DNA of 64,000 bases, taken from assembly GCA_050942825.1 (NCBI GenBank), contig JBMNOA010000001.1, positions 8,354 through 72,353 of the forward strand, written 5' to 3'. The DNA comes from Bacillota bacterium. GTDB taxonomy: Bacteria > Bacillota > Dehalobacteriia > UBA4068. Below, piece by piece: positions 32,001 through 41,216 of the stretch. Positions within the stretch are counted from its first letter, which is position 1. Every line of letters begins with the position of its first letter. Under the pieces are notes generated by a model. It saw only the letters and a program-made list of their open reading frames with translations, was not told where the DNA came from and made no database searches. A program made the position numbers and the translations under genes.

Positions 32001-32514
32001 TTTCTCTTTCATAACCCATATCAACCAATAAATAAGCCAAGTTAATCAAATCATACCTTTGACCTTTAGTTAGATAAAAGTGATGGGATAAAAACTGATC
32101 CGCAGGGGCTAGACGGCGGCTCAAAGTTATAATATCCGAAACGATCAGCAAATTCTCACCTCTGGCCAACCGTGAAAGAACACTGACCCTTTGTGATATC
32201 AATTCTATATTATGGGCATATACTTCAAAAGGCAATAGTTCTAAGGAGGGAAAAAGAACGGCTTTTCTCCCCACTAGAGGCAACAAATTTTCTTGCAACA
32301 ACTGAGAATCCTCTTCATTAGGGGTTATCAACAAAAAAGGTTTTTTTTCTTTTTTCCACAGTGAGGCAGCCCAAATAGCCTGCGCCAAAGGAGGTAGGCC
32401 ATCGACCTCTTGGGCAAGTCCTTTAGTTAAAACCTTTTCTATCTCCTGATACTCAGGGCAATCCTGCCAGATATTTATGAGATTTTCCGCTGTCGTAATA
32501 TCTTTCAAATCCAC
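29005..32514 (-). CDS. mfd: Transcription-repair coupling factor
   Basis: CarD-like domain, GDVGYGKTE, DEEQRFG, QLRGRVGRS, TRCF C-term. Confidence 0.98.
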   Translation of the reverse strand: MDLKDITTAENLINIWQDCPEYQEIEKVLTKGLAQEVDGLPPLAQAIWAASLWKKEKKPFLLITPNEEDSQLLQENLLPLVGRKAVLFPSLELLPFEVYAHNIELISQRVSVLSRLARGENLLIVSDIITLSRRLAPADQFLSHHFYLTKGQRYDLINLAYLLVDMGYEREKLVQIPGTFSMRGSLLDIFPIDGQRPLRIEFFDDEVESLRYFDPQNQRSLAYTEELLLIPARELPLNREVRQRGLKALKEDIKKTEKALKGQAKKELQQRFGAFEELLAVDGWDISFNQLLPYFYPQADSLFDYIPQGLVIFSEPDDSKKVLRDLEKERQARYFDLLESGRLLPSFYDNFLSFEDIKNTALKHPILLFCQLPNRTYFPLGIKKQIIARAIPSYHNNLPGLKEDFAYFKQQNYQLIISASSQVRLKRIEEIIKELGFPAVRLIEGQFTAGFESGQLKLAVISEKELLAQEVKRIRRHFPKTSERIENFLDLQVGDYVVHISQGIGIYKGVVRLKVGENERDYLYIQYAGDDKLYLPVDQLDLIQKYIGDDTKKPKLYRLGGNDWQKLKNKVRHAVRDMAQELLQLYAAREKAKGYSFSPDTPWQYEFEDAFPYQETDDQLKALADIKKDMESSRPMDRLLCGDVGYGKTEIALRAAFKAVADGKQVAMLVPTTVLAQQHLHTFSRRFEQYPVKIVCLSRFVTNKELKQNIEKIRAGQADIIIGTHRLLSSDIVFKDLGLLIIDEEQRFGVAHKEKIKSFKANIDVLTLSATPIPRTLHMALVGMRDMSIIATPPQNRRPVQTYVLEYHQKLIKDIISRELSRGGQVYFVHNRVHNIHDIVAELNHLLPDATVAIAHGQMKETELERVMIDFVEGRSDILVSTTIIESGLDIPNVNTLIVDEANCFGLAQLYQLRGRVGRSSRQAFAYFTYRKDRAMTEIAKKRLIAIRDFTELGSGFKIAMRDMEIRGAGNILGPQQHGHIAAVGFDMYCRLLQEEITASSGKAPEHEPVNTILELQLNAYIPDDYLEDSALKVEIYKRIAAALEISHIDELAEELHDRYGMIPKELSSLLMLGKIKALARKLCLLSIIQKKGYIELKFCDFHPLKGEHLLAISSQWDKQITFFNKKDFIIKLNNESFSADATLELLWQFLLFMSKLLDEETEADGLLN

Positions 32515-32618
32515 ACCTCCGGGACATAGTGAAATAAGCCCGACTTCATGCCGTGCTGGTTTATTTATGCTATTTGTTTTTTAAATATCTTTATCCGCCA
32601 TATAAATCCAATTACATT

Positions 32619-33203
32619 CTATTTTTCCTTTTTGTTATCGGCACCTTCTTTAATATTATATTTATTCATAGCGGCCGATATACCATTTTTTGCCCAAAAG
32701 AGTGCCGCTTCCGCCGCATTTTTGATAGTATTGGCCAGGAGCGGCATTTCTTCATTGTTAAAGCGGCTTAATACATAGTTTGAGCCGCTGACATAGGGAG
32801 AATGACCGATACCGATTTTCAACCTGTTGATTTTATTATCACCCAATTGCTCAATAATAGAGCCCATACCGTTATGGCCACCTGCTGAGCCACCGCGGCG
32901 TAAACGTATACGTCCGGGTTCTAGATCCATGTCATCATAAATTATCAGCATATCCTCTTGGTCAATTTTATAAAAATTGACCGCAGCAATTACTGCATGG
33001 CCGCTGAGATTCATAAAAGTTAGAGGCTTCAATAGTAATATTTTTTCTCCGCAATAATCCACCAGAGCCTGTAGTGCATGGTCTTTTTCTTTAAAAACAG
33101 CACTCAAAGAATCAGCAATAATATCCAAAGTCAAAAAACCAACATTATGTCTGGTTACGGCATATTTACTTCCAGGGTTGCCCAAACCGACAATAATCTT
33201 CAT
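32619..33203 (-). CDS. pth: Peptidyl-tRNA hydrolase
   Basis: IVGLGNPG, TRHNVGF, GGHNG. Confidence 0.97.
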   Translation of the reverse strand: MKIIVGLGNPGSKYAVTRHNVGFLTLDIIADSLSAVFKEKDHALQALVDYCGEKILLLKPLTFMNLSGHAVIAAVNFYKIDQEDMLIIYDDMDLEPGRIRLRRGGSAGGHNGMGSIIEQLGDNKINRLKIGIGHSPYVSGSNYVLSRFNNEEMPLLANTIKNAAEAALFWAKNGISAAMNKYNIKEGADNKKEK

Positions 33204-33304
33204 ATTAACCCCCTCCCATATCATGCTTAGATTATAATACCATAATTAAGTTCGTCATAAAAGACAAGAAAAAAAATATACTTATAAAAAAGGATTAAGG
33301 AGTT

Positions 33305-34177
33305 ATGAATATGGAAAGATACAGTAAAAAAACTATAATGATGCCTGTATACAGCGTTCAGGAAGGACAAAATATGGGCCTTGTAAAATCAATCATTATA
33401 GATCCGAAAGAAAAATGTATCATGGCCTTTTTGCTGGAAAGACGACGCATGACTAAAGAAGAGAGGATCGTTCCTTTCGTTAATATCAAAAGCGTCGGTG
33501 ACAATGTAATTATTATTGATAAAGCTATCAATGCAGAAAGAAAGAATAATTTTCCTCAAATCATGCGCTATATGCGCAATCCGGTCCAACTGATAGGCTC
33601 CAAAGTCTTCACTACCGGTGGCAAAACCCTAGGACGTGTAGAAGAATACCGCTATGATGACAAAAGCGGTAAAATTACTACCCTGGAGATCAGCGGCGGT
33701 ATGGCGAATTATATCAAAGGCCATATTTTGCTAGAGGGACAATACATAATCACTATAGCACCCGCTACTGTTATGGTTGATGAAGAGGCGCTGGAGCATA
33801 TAGAACATGTGGAAAACAATCCGCGCTTTACCATGGAGAATGCCAAAGAAAAAGCCGGCTCAGTTCTTACAGGAACTATAGAAGCATCAAAAAAAATCTC
33901 CCAGAATATATCCCAAACCCTCAACAAAAAAAGAGAAACCCAACAAAATACCGATCTATCACCGGAAGATAATAATAAAGGGGCCTCAGGCCAAGAAACT
34001 GCTGCAGCAGCAGAATGTATGGAAGAAGCAATCTCACCCGTAAGCACCACCGAAAATATAAAAACCATCTCTGAATCGGAGCAAGAAGTATCTCAAGAAA
34101 TATCCACTTTGCAAAAAGAAGAAACTGAACAAATAAATGGTGAAAAAAATCAGGAAAAGGATAACTCTGAAAAATAG
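33305..34177 (+). CDS. Tandem PRC-barrel domain protein with acidic tail
   Basis: Two repeats of V.S..G..LG.V...; low-complexity E/Q-rich C-term. Confidence 0.75.
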   Translation: MNMERYSKKTIMMPVYSVQEGQNMGLVKSIIIDPKEKCIMAFLLERRRMTKEERIVPFVNIKSVGDNVIIIDKAINAERKNNFPQIMRYMRNPVQLIGSKVFTTGGKTLGRVEEYRYDDKSGKITTLEISGGMANYIKGHILLEGQYIITIAPATVMVDEEALEHIEHVENNPRFTMENAKEKAGSVLTGTIEASKKISQNISQTLNKKRETQQNTDLSPEDNNKGASGQETAAAAECMEEAISPVSTTENIKTISESEQEVSQEISTLQKEETEQINGEKNQEKDNSEK

Positions 34178-34204
34178 AAAAAACAGCCCAGAGGGCTGTT
34201 TTTT
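34178..34204. terminator. Bidirectional terminator
   Basis: AAAAAACAGCCC-AGA-GGGCTGTTTTTT. Confidence 0.85.
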
Positions 34205-35152
34205 CTAGTCAAACAAACGGCTTACGGAAAGATTTTCGTGAATACGAATAATAGCTTCACCAATCAAGGGAGCCACAGAAAGAACCTTAATCTTAGAACA
34301 TTCTCCTTGTCTTTGCTTGTTGATGGGAATTGTATCTGTGGTCAAAACATGATCAATGACGGAATTTTCTAATCTTTCCAAGGCAGGAGGAGAAAAAACA
34401 GCATGCGTACAACAAGCATAGATATTCTCCGCACCCATCTCTTTCAAAACAGCGGCCCCTTTGGTAATAGTACCGGCTGTGTCTATGATATCATCTATCA
34501 TAATAATGTTTTTATGGACTATATCACCAATAACGTGCATAATCTCAGCTTGATTGGCTGCCGGACGCCGTTTATCAATAATGGCAATATCCACGCCTAG
34601 ACGATTTGCTAAATTACGGGCTCTGGTCACACCACCTAAATCAGGAGAAACAACAACCAAATTTTCATTGGGGAGAGTTTTATAATATTCTGCCAACAAA
34701 GGTACACCCGGCAAATGATCAACAGGTATATCAAAAAAACCTTCTATAGCATTAGCATGAAGATCTAATGTGATCATTCTGTCCGCCCCGGCAGCAGTCA
34801 AGAGGTTGGCCATTAATTTCGCTGTAATAGGATCACGGGCTTTTGATTTACGTTCCTGCCTGGCATAGCCGTAATAAGGAATAACAGCAGTTATCCTTTG
34901 GGCGGAAGCTCTGCGCATAGCATCGATCATAATCAATAGTTCCATCATATGATCATTGACAGGATAACAAGTGGGCTGAACAATAAAAACATCAGCTCCC
35001 CGTACACTCTCACCGACTTCCAAAAATAACTCACCATCTTTAAAAGTCGTTACTCTGGAATCACCCACAGAAATCCCTAAATATTCTGCAATTTCTTCCG
35101 CCAAAGGCATATTGGCGTTGGCCGAAAAAAGTTTTAACTTGCTGTTACTCAT
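34205..35152 (-). CDS. prs: Ribose-phosphate pyrophosphokinase
   Basis: PYYGYARQ, DLHA, VSPDLGG, DDIIDTAGT. Confidence 0.98.
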   Translation of the reverse strand: MSNSKLKLFSANANMPLAEEIAEYLGISVGDSRVTTFKDGELFLEVGESVRGADVFIVQPTCYPVNDHMMELLIMIDAMRRASAQRITAVIPYYGYARQERKSKARDPITAKLMANLLTAAGADRMITLDLHANAIEGFFDIPVDHLPGVPLLAEYYKTLPNENLVVVSPDLGGVTRARNLANRLGVDIAIIDKRRPAANQAEIMHVIGDIVHKNIIMIDDIIDTAGTITKGAAVLKEMGAENIYACCTHAVFSPPALERLENSVIDHVLTTDTIPINKQRQGECSKIKVLSVAPLIGEAIIRIHENLSVSRLFD

Positions 35153-35277
35153 TATCTTCATCCTCCATCTTACTAAACTCTGCCCTTAATTACAAAATAC
35201 ATCAATTTTTATTTATAAGACAATAACCACTTTTCGATATTCTATCCCTAAGGCCCTTATCCTTTAAAAACTTTCCT

Positions 35278-36672
35278 TTAGCTATCTTCTTTTTTCTGAA
35301 GTATGAGCTTTCTCTTTCTGACGGCCCACTTATCAATATTTTTTTGTTCGCTTCTTTCTATGGCCAAAGCATCTTCAGGCACGTCTTTGCTAATAGAAGA
35401 ACCAGCAGCGACAACAGCTCCTTTACCAATAGAAACAGGAGCGATAAGATTGGTATTACTGCCGATAAAGGCATTGTCATCAATGATGGTCAAATATTTA
35501 TTAAATCCATCATAATTACAAGTAATTGTCCCGCAACCTATATTGACCCCGCTACCTATACGGCTGTCTCCAATATAACTCAAATGGGGTATTTTACTAT
35601 TTTTGCCGACTTGAGTCTGCTTAGTCTCTACAAAACCGCCAACCTTGACATTATCGTCTAATACCGTACCGGGACGGAGATAAGAAAAAGGTCCTATCTG
35701 ACAATTATTCCCTGTCTGACAACCAATCATTACGGCCTGCTTGATTTGACAATTATCCCCAATCGAAGACTGAGAAATGTCGCAATTGGGACCTATGAGG
35801 CAATTTTTTCCGATAACAGTATGGCCGCGAAGAAAAGTATATGGCTCGATAATAGTATCGGGACCGACCTTTACATCCTCTTCTATATAAGTATTATTAC
35901 TATCTATAATACCCACTCCAGCAGACAATAAGTTATGGTTTTTTCTCTGACGCAAAATTTGTGAAGCATAAGCCAATTGTAAGCGATCATTTACACCCAT
36001 AACCTCATCACTATCGTCTAAAAGCATGCTGTTTATCAAATAGCCTTTATGAGCTAAAATTTCAATAATATCAGTGAGATAATATTCTTGCTGTTTATTA
36101 TCATTTTTCAGATCGTCTATCACAGACAGAAGCACTGGATAATCAAGACAATAAATAGCTGTATTTACCTCTTGGATTTTTTTTTGCTGATCCGTAGCAT
36201 CCTTTTCCTCAACTATTTTTATTACTTGACCGCGTTCATCTCTAATAATACGGCCGTAACCCGTGGGATCATCCATCATAGCGGATAATATTGTAGCAGC
36301 ACTACCACTTTGTGTAAATTTGTGCACAAGTTTTTGCAAGGTGTCGGCTGTTATCAGTGGGGTATCACCGCAAAGAACTAAGATGCTTTGGCAATTTTTA
36401 TCTATAACGGGTATAGCGCATTTCAAGGCATGACCTGTACCCAGCTGAGGTACCTGCAGAGCATAATCATAGCCCTCTCCCAAAGTATCTTGGATCTCTT
36501 TTGCCCCATGCCCAACTACTAAGACGGTTTTTTGTACGCCACTTTTTAACACAGCATCTATAACAAAAGAAATCATAGCTTTGCCATTAGCCTGATGAAG
36601 GACTTTTGGGAGAGCAGATTTCATTCTAGTTCCCTTTCCTGCCGCCAGTATAACTGCTGTAATAATGGACAT
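35278..36672 (-). CDS. glmU: Bifunctional UDP-GlcNAc pyrophosphorylase / GlcN-1-P acetyltransferase
   Basis: LAAGKGTRMKS, hexapeptide repeats, HLSYIGD, CNYDG. Confidence 0.98.
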   Translation of the reverse strand: MSIITAVILAAGKGTRMKSALPKVLHQANGKAMISFVIDAVLKSGVQKTVLVVGHGAKEIQDTLGEGYDYALQVPQLGTGHALKCAIPVIDKNCQSILVLCGDTPLITADTLQKLVHKFTQSGSAATILSAMMDDPTGYGRIIRDERGQVIKIVEEKDATDQQKKIQEVNTAIYCLDYPVLLSVIDDLKNDNKQQEYYLTDIIEILAHKGYLINSMLLDDSDEVMGVNDRLQLAYASQILRQRKNHNLLSAGVGIIDSNNTYIEEDVKVGPDTIIEPYTFLRGHTVIGKNCLIGPNCDISQSSIGDNCQIKQAVMIGCQTGNNCQIGPFSYLRPGTVLDDNVKVGGFVETKQTQVGKNSKIPHLSYIGDSRIGSGVNIGCGTITCNYDGFNKYLTIIDDNAFIGSNTNLIAPVSIGKGAVVAAGSSISKDVPEDALAIERSEQKNIDKWAVRKRKLILQKKEDS

Positions 36673-36779
36673 ACAACCACTCCTTTAATTTCTGTTGAAT
36701 ATTAATATTATACAGCAAAAATATCGGAGAGCAAAGAGTAGCTCCCCGATATTTTGATAATTTATTAAATTTGCTTGGA

Positions 36780-37106
36780 TTAGGCCAATTCTTCCTGGGA
36801 TTGATCTTCTGAATTTTGTTCTTCTTCCTCAGCTTGGATAGCATCTCGATTTTCAAGGGCTTCCTGATATTTTTCCAAAACTTTATTTTGAATAATATTT
36901 CTTGCTTCTTGAGAAATGGGATGTGCAATATCCCTAAATTCGCCATTAGCTGTTTTTCTGCTAGGCATAGCCACAAACAATCCGCTTTGACCATCAACTA
37001 CCTTTACATCATGAATAACAAAAGCATTATCAATAGTTACAGAAGCAATAGCCTTCATTTTTCCCTCAGCTAATAACTTTCTTACTCTTACGTCAGTTAT
37101 ATCCAT
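36780..37106 (-). CDS. spoVG: SpoVG
   Basis: [26 protein letters not shown]. Confidence 0.97.
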   Translation of the reverse strand: MDITDVRVRKLLAEGKMKAIASVTIDNAFVIHDVKVVDGQSGLFVAMPSRKTANGEFRDIAHPISQEARNIIQNKVLEKYQEALENRDAIQAEEEEQNSEDQSQEELA

Positions 37107-37154
37107 ATTTAGTTCCTCCTTGATGAAAATTTAATAAATAATCCCCTTTTATAC

Positions 37155-37200
37155 AATTACTCTGAATTTTTAGAAAACCCTTTTTTTTATAAAAATTTTT
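37155..37200 (-). promoter_or_regulatory. sigmaH-like spoVG promoter with AT-rich UP element
   Basis: Minus strand AAAGGGTTT-N11-AGAGTAAT, similar to the B. subtilis spoVG promoter. Confidence 0.55.
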
Positions 37201-37271
37201 CCTGTTTTATGCATATTTATAAAAAAAATATCGTTTTTACTATCATTTTTTTATATATTGAATTTTTTTCT

Positions 37272-37299
37272 TTGCAAAAATAAAAAATAGGTATATAAT
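37272..37299 (+). promoter_or_regulatory. sigmaA promoter of the corA leader
   Basis: TTGCAA-16 nt-TATAAT. Confidence 0.6.
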
Positions 37300-37307
37300 G
37301 TATAGAT

Positions 37308-37446
37308 GCATAGAGGATATGTACAAAAAGGCTGCCTTAGAGGACAAACGGCCACAGCGTCTCTAGCGGCTATCCAATGTAACCAGATCACATTCTGATT
37401 GTACAGGAACCAAAATTGTAATAACGGCATATATCATTTATTATGC
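37308..37446 (+). ncRNA. Candidate structured RNA (three-stem junction), family not recognised
   Basis: Hand-folded stems; see findings. Confidence 0.35.
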
Positions 37447-37493
37447 TAACTCTTATGAGAATAATCTTGTGATAAATTATGGGAGGTGAGTCC

Positions 37494-37586
37494 ATGGACG
37501 GCGACCCTGGCAGTAGACAGCTTAATCAACAGAATATAAATTTCCGGGGGAGCTATTGGCAAACCACCAGCATAATCCTCCGGTAA
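37494..37586 (+). CDS. Putative corA leader peptide MDGDPGSRQLNQQNINFRGSYWQTTSIILR
   Basis: Strong SD GGGAGGTGA, ATG at 37494, TAA at 37584-37586 just before the corA SD. Confidence 0.55.
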   Translation: MDGDPGSRQLNQQNINFRGSYWQTTSIILR

Positions 37587-37604
37587 ATCAAGGAGGGATA
37601 AAAT

Positions 37605-38531
37605 ATGATTTTCACTTACAATACTGTAGACGATAAGCTCGTTTGCTGCAATCAATTCCCTAAGGGATGTTGGATAAACCTTATTAATCCTACCGAGCCA
37701 GAAATACAAAGAGTAGTAAATGAAACGGGCTTGGATTACGATTTTTTGAAATATCCTTTAGATGATGAAGAAATTCCCCGCATAGAAGTAGAAGAAGATC
37801 AAGTAATGATCATTTTCAATATCCCCATTATTGAAGACGGCGAAGTGATATATGATACTATACCGTTAGGAATTATTCTTAATGATGATTATATCGTTAC
37901 AGTTTGTCTGGAAGATGCAGATCTCTTGCAAGAATTTACTTCCGGGCGCATCAAAGGCTGGGCCACTTTTAAAAAGACCCGCTTTATTTTTCAGCTTTTG
38001 CATCGCAAAACAACTCTATTTCTCAAATATTTGCGCGATATCCATCGACGTACCAGCGAGATCGAAAATACCTTACGTCAATCCATGAAAAACAAGCAAT
38101 TGATCCATTTGCTCAATTTACAAAAAAGCCTGGTTTATTTCAGCACGGCACTGAGGGCCAATGCTAAAGTTATGGAGAGGCTTTTGCGCAGCAAAGCCAT
38201 AAAAATGTATGAGGAAGATGAAGATTTATTAGAGGATGTCATCATCGAAAACCGTCAGGCTATCGAAATGGCCGATGTCTACAGCAACATTTCATCCAGC
38301 ACCATGAGTGCTTTTGCTTCACTTATCTCCAATAATTTGAATATCGTCATGCGATTTTTAACCGCCATCACGATTATTCTGGCTATACCAACTATGCTAT
38401 CAAGTTTCTGGGGTATGAATGTACCTGTACCAATGACTGACAACCCCATTGCTTTTACTATTATTGTTTTAGTTGCTGCCGCTTCTTGTTTGATCGCAGT
38501 ACGTCTTTTAATCAAGAAAGATCTATTTTAA
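37605..38531 (+). CDS. corA: CorA-family magnesium transporter
   Basis: WINLINP, ISNNLNIVM, FWGMN signature, two C-terminal TM helices. Confidence 0.95.
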   Translation: MIFTYNTVDDKLVCCNQFPKGCWINLINPTEPEIQRVVNETGLDYDFLKYPLDDEEIPRIEVEEDQVMIIFNIPIIEDGEVIYDTIPLGIILNDDYIVTVCLEDADLLQEFTSGRIKGWATFKKTRFIFQLLHRKTTLFLKYLRDIHRRTSEIENTLRQSMKNKQLIHLLNLQKSLVYFSTALRANAKVMERLLRSKAIKMYEEDEDLLEDVIIENRQAIEMADVYSNISSSTMSAFASLISNNLNIVMRFLTAITIILAIPTMLSSFWGMNVPVPMTDNPIAFTIIVLVAAASCLIAVRLLIKKDLF

Positions 38532-38636
38532 AAATATCGTCAGATATTTTTAAAATAGATCTTTAGAAGTTTCAAAGCCGCTATAATAACATGCCAGCTA
38601 TAAAAGGACTGAGTTTTCTCAATCCTTTTTTTTATT

Positions 38637-39470
38637 TTATAAAGTATGGCAAACCTTAACAAAAGGCCAAATTTTTAATAATTTTTTTTGAACTGCCAGA
38701 GCTGTTTCCTCATCGGGGGCCAAGCCAAAAACTGTAGGGCCACTACCGGACATTAAAGGATATAAACCACAGGCGGCCATCTCAAACTTTATTTTGGCTA
38801 TTTGAGGATATTTTTCAATTGTGACAGTTTCTAAGAAATTTATCAAAAGGGGCCCGATATATTGTGGTTCTCCAAATAATAAGGCTTCTATTAAAGCTTG
38901 AGTATGGGGACGTTTCTTGACTTTTTTGGGAGAAAATTCTTTATAGATCTCTGCGGTGGATACGGAAAACCCGGGATTAATTAGTAAAAGATGTTGCCTG
39001 GGCAAAGGTGGTAAGGGGGTTAAAACCTCCCCTATCCCTTCCGCCAGAGCCGCGCCTTTAAGGAGACAAAAAGGGATATCTGAACCCAATTTGAGTGCTA
39101 ATTCCCTCAATTGATGATGAGACATACCTAAGTCAAAAAGCTGATTAGCTCCTTTTAATACGGCTGCAGCATCAGTGGAGCCTCCCGCTAAACCGGCGGC
39201 TATAGGAATATTCTTTTCTATCTTGATAGACAAATGCTGATTTAACCCCAATTCTTTTTTTAAAAGTAACCAGGCCTTTAAAGCAATATTATCTTCATTG
39301 GTAGGTAAACCGGCATTACTTGTAATAGAATCAACCTCGGATTCTTCCAATTTGACGATATCCATCAGCGATATCTGCTGCATAATCATCTGTAAAAGAT
39401 GGTAACCATCTGGTCGTTTTCCAACTATTTCCAAAGACCAATTGATTTTAGCTGGCGCATTAATAATCAT
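38637..39470 (-). CDS. ispE: 4-diphosphocytidyl-2C-methyl-D-erythritol kinase
   Basis: APAKIN, IPIAAGLAGGSTDAA, MSGSGPTVF. Confidence 0.97.
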   Translation of the reverse strand: MIINAPAKINWSLEIVGKRPDGYHLLQMIMQQISLMDIVKLEESEVDSITSNAGLPTNEDNIALKAWLLLKKELGLNQHLSIKIEKNIPIAAGLAGGSTDAAAVLKGANQLFDLGMSHHQLRELALKLGSDIPFCLLKGAALAEGIGEVLTPLPPLPRQHLLLINPGFSVSTAEIYKEFSPKKVKKRPHTQALIEALLFGEPQYIGPLLINFLETVTIEKYPQIAKIKFEMAACGLYPLMSGSGPTVFGLAPDEETALAVQKKLLKIWPFVKVCHTL

Positions 39471-39484
39471 GTCAAATTTTCCTC

Positions 39485-41215
39485 CTATTTCAATTGCTCC
39501 TTCAGCTCTAAATAGTGGCGGCTAAAATATGGTACGGCTTGCACTTCTCCTTTAGCTTCTCCAAACGGATGGGCTGATAAAGCTAAAAGAGGCGGGCTTT
39601 GGATTCTTTTAGCCGTACCTGTGCGACGATACATTTTCCACCAATATTCCAAATCAGCAATAAATTGTTCGCTGTCGGGGAAATATTTTTTCAACAAATT
39701 TTTTTGACAACCAATATTCTCTTCCAAAACTCCGTTAATATACAAAGATAATATATCGGCAGGTGTCGCTTTTTCCTCCACCCAGCTACGCAGCAAATAA
39801 TCATGATAGGGATAAAGCAATGGATCCCCTTTGCCTTCCTCCACAGCTTGATTGAGTGAAAGCTCGGCCGAGGGACGAATAGATGCAATAGATTGCAGAT
39901 ACGAAGCAGCAGCCGGAAAGACTTTTTGTGCAAAAGCTGCCGCTTGATAGACCTCATGTTTCCATAAATCGGCAGTGGCAGCAAAAGCCCCTGCCAGATC
40001 TCCGTAAAAAGTAGCATAACCAACAGTTAATTCAGCCTTATTGCTATTACAGGTAAACACGGCATTCCAAGCGGCCGCTGCCGCTGCTAAGATTCTGGCG
40101 GAGCGGTCTCTGGCTTGAATATTTTCTGCCACAGCAGGAGTAATAGAGATTTTCCATTCTTTTTGATCCGGGGCTGTGATAATAGTATCTTCGAATTGAT
40201 TTATCGTAGCCTGCCATGACTGTTCAATAGGTATCACCGCATAATGAGCTTTTAAAGCATTAGCTAATTGATGGGAAAGAGATTGCGTAATATCACTATT
40301 ATAGCGGCTGGGCATATTGATCAATAAAACATTCTCACCACCCAAGGCATCTATATAAATACAAGCAGCCAAAGCTGAGTCTATACCACCGGAAAGACCA
40401 ATAACAGCTTTGGAAACTCCTATAGAAGACATAAAGTTTTTAACTCCGAATACACAAGCCTTATAAATACATTCATCAGCAGCCAAAGGCTTGGTAATTT
40501 CATTACCCATGTAGACACCGTCTGTAAAAAGAGGCGCCGACAAAATCTTATGGCCGTTGGCATCATAAATGGAACTGCCCCCGGGACAAAGCCAAAAAGC
40601 CTTTCCGCTACCTACTAGAGTACAACTATTGGCAAATACATATGGGCAGCCATATTTTTTTGCTATAGCGCTATAATCGAATTTATGACCTAGAATAAGA
40701 GGAATTTGTGCTAAATTAAAAATAATTTCGGCATCATCTATTGGGGAAGGCAATTCCTTTGCCTGCCAATCACCCATAAGAAAGGCGGCTCGATAAGAGC
40801 GGCCGTTCAACGCGATGGTCATTATTTGTCCATCGCATAAATCATGACCGGCAAAGAACCTATCTCCATCCGGGAAATTTGAAGCGGCAACAAAAGCCGG
40901 TAAACGCTTTAAAAGGCCGTCCTGTGCCAGATAACAAGCATTTTCCAGTTTGCCGTCATAAGCTATATTACCAAAAATGATGCTGATCCCCTGAGCTTTT
41001 TCGGCCAGCTTGTCCCCCCAATACAGACAATCATCAATAAAACCTTTATCCAGCCAATTATCCCCGGCATAAACACCGGAAATGACTAACTGAGGTAAAA
41101 CAATGATATCGGCTCCCTTTTGTTTAGCAGATATCACAAGCTCCACGGCTCTGTTATAATTCTGCTGTAAATCAGTTGATAAAACAGCCATTTGGCCTAA
41201 AGCAATATTCATCAA
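39485..41215 (-). CDS. nadE: NAD+ synthetase with degenerate N-terminal nitrilase-like domain
   Basis: GLSGGIDS, ENIQAR, NKAE..VGY.T.YGD, PSAEL. Confidence 0.92.
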   Translation of the reverse strand: MMNIALGQMAVLSTDLQQNYNRAVELVISAKQKGADIIVLPQLVISGVYAGDNWLDKGFIDDCLYWGDKLAEKAQGISIIFGNIAYDGKLENACYLAQDGLLKRLPAFVAASNFPDGDRFFAGHDLCDGQIMTIALNGRSYRAAFLMGDWQAKELPSPIDDAEIIFNLAQIPLILGHKFDYSAIAKKYGCPYVFANSCTLVGSGKAFWLCPGGSSIYDANGHKILSAPLFTDGVYMGNEITKPLAADECIYKACVFGVKNFMSSIGVSKAVIGLSGGIDSALAACIYIDALGGENVLLINMPSRYNSDITQSLSHQLANALKAHYAVIPIEQSWQATINQFEDTIITAPDQKEWKISITPAVAENIQARDRSARILAAAAAAWNAVFTCNSNKAELTVGYATFYGDLAGAFAATADLWKHEVYQAAAFAQKVFPAAASYLQSIASIRPSAELSLNQAVEEGKGDPLLYPYHDYLLRSWVEEKATPADILSLYINGVLEENIGCQKNLLKKYFPDSEQFIADLEYWWKMYRRTGTAKRIQSPPLLALSAHPFGEAKGEVQAVPYFSRHYLELKEQLK

Positions 41216-41216
41216 A

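Noticed and set aside
37380-37455. c-di-AMP (ydaO) riboswitch or 6S RNA
   Set aside because: GGAACCA/GCTAAC and AACGGCA words are present, but the core ydaO motifs and the 6S length and central bubble are not
37300-37600. M-box (ykoK) riboswitch expected upstream of corA
   Set aside because: Only scattered words (AGGTGAG, CAACAG, GCTAA) in the wrong order; AGGTGAG is better explained as the uORF Shine-Dalgarno
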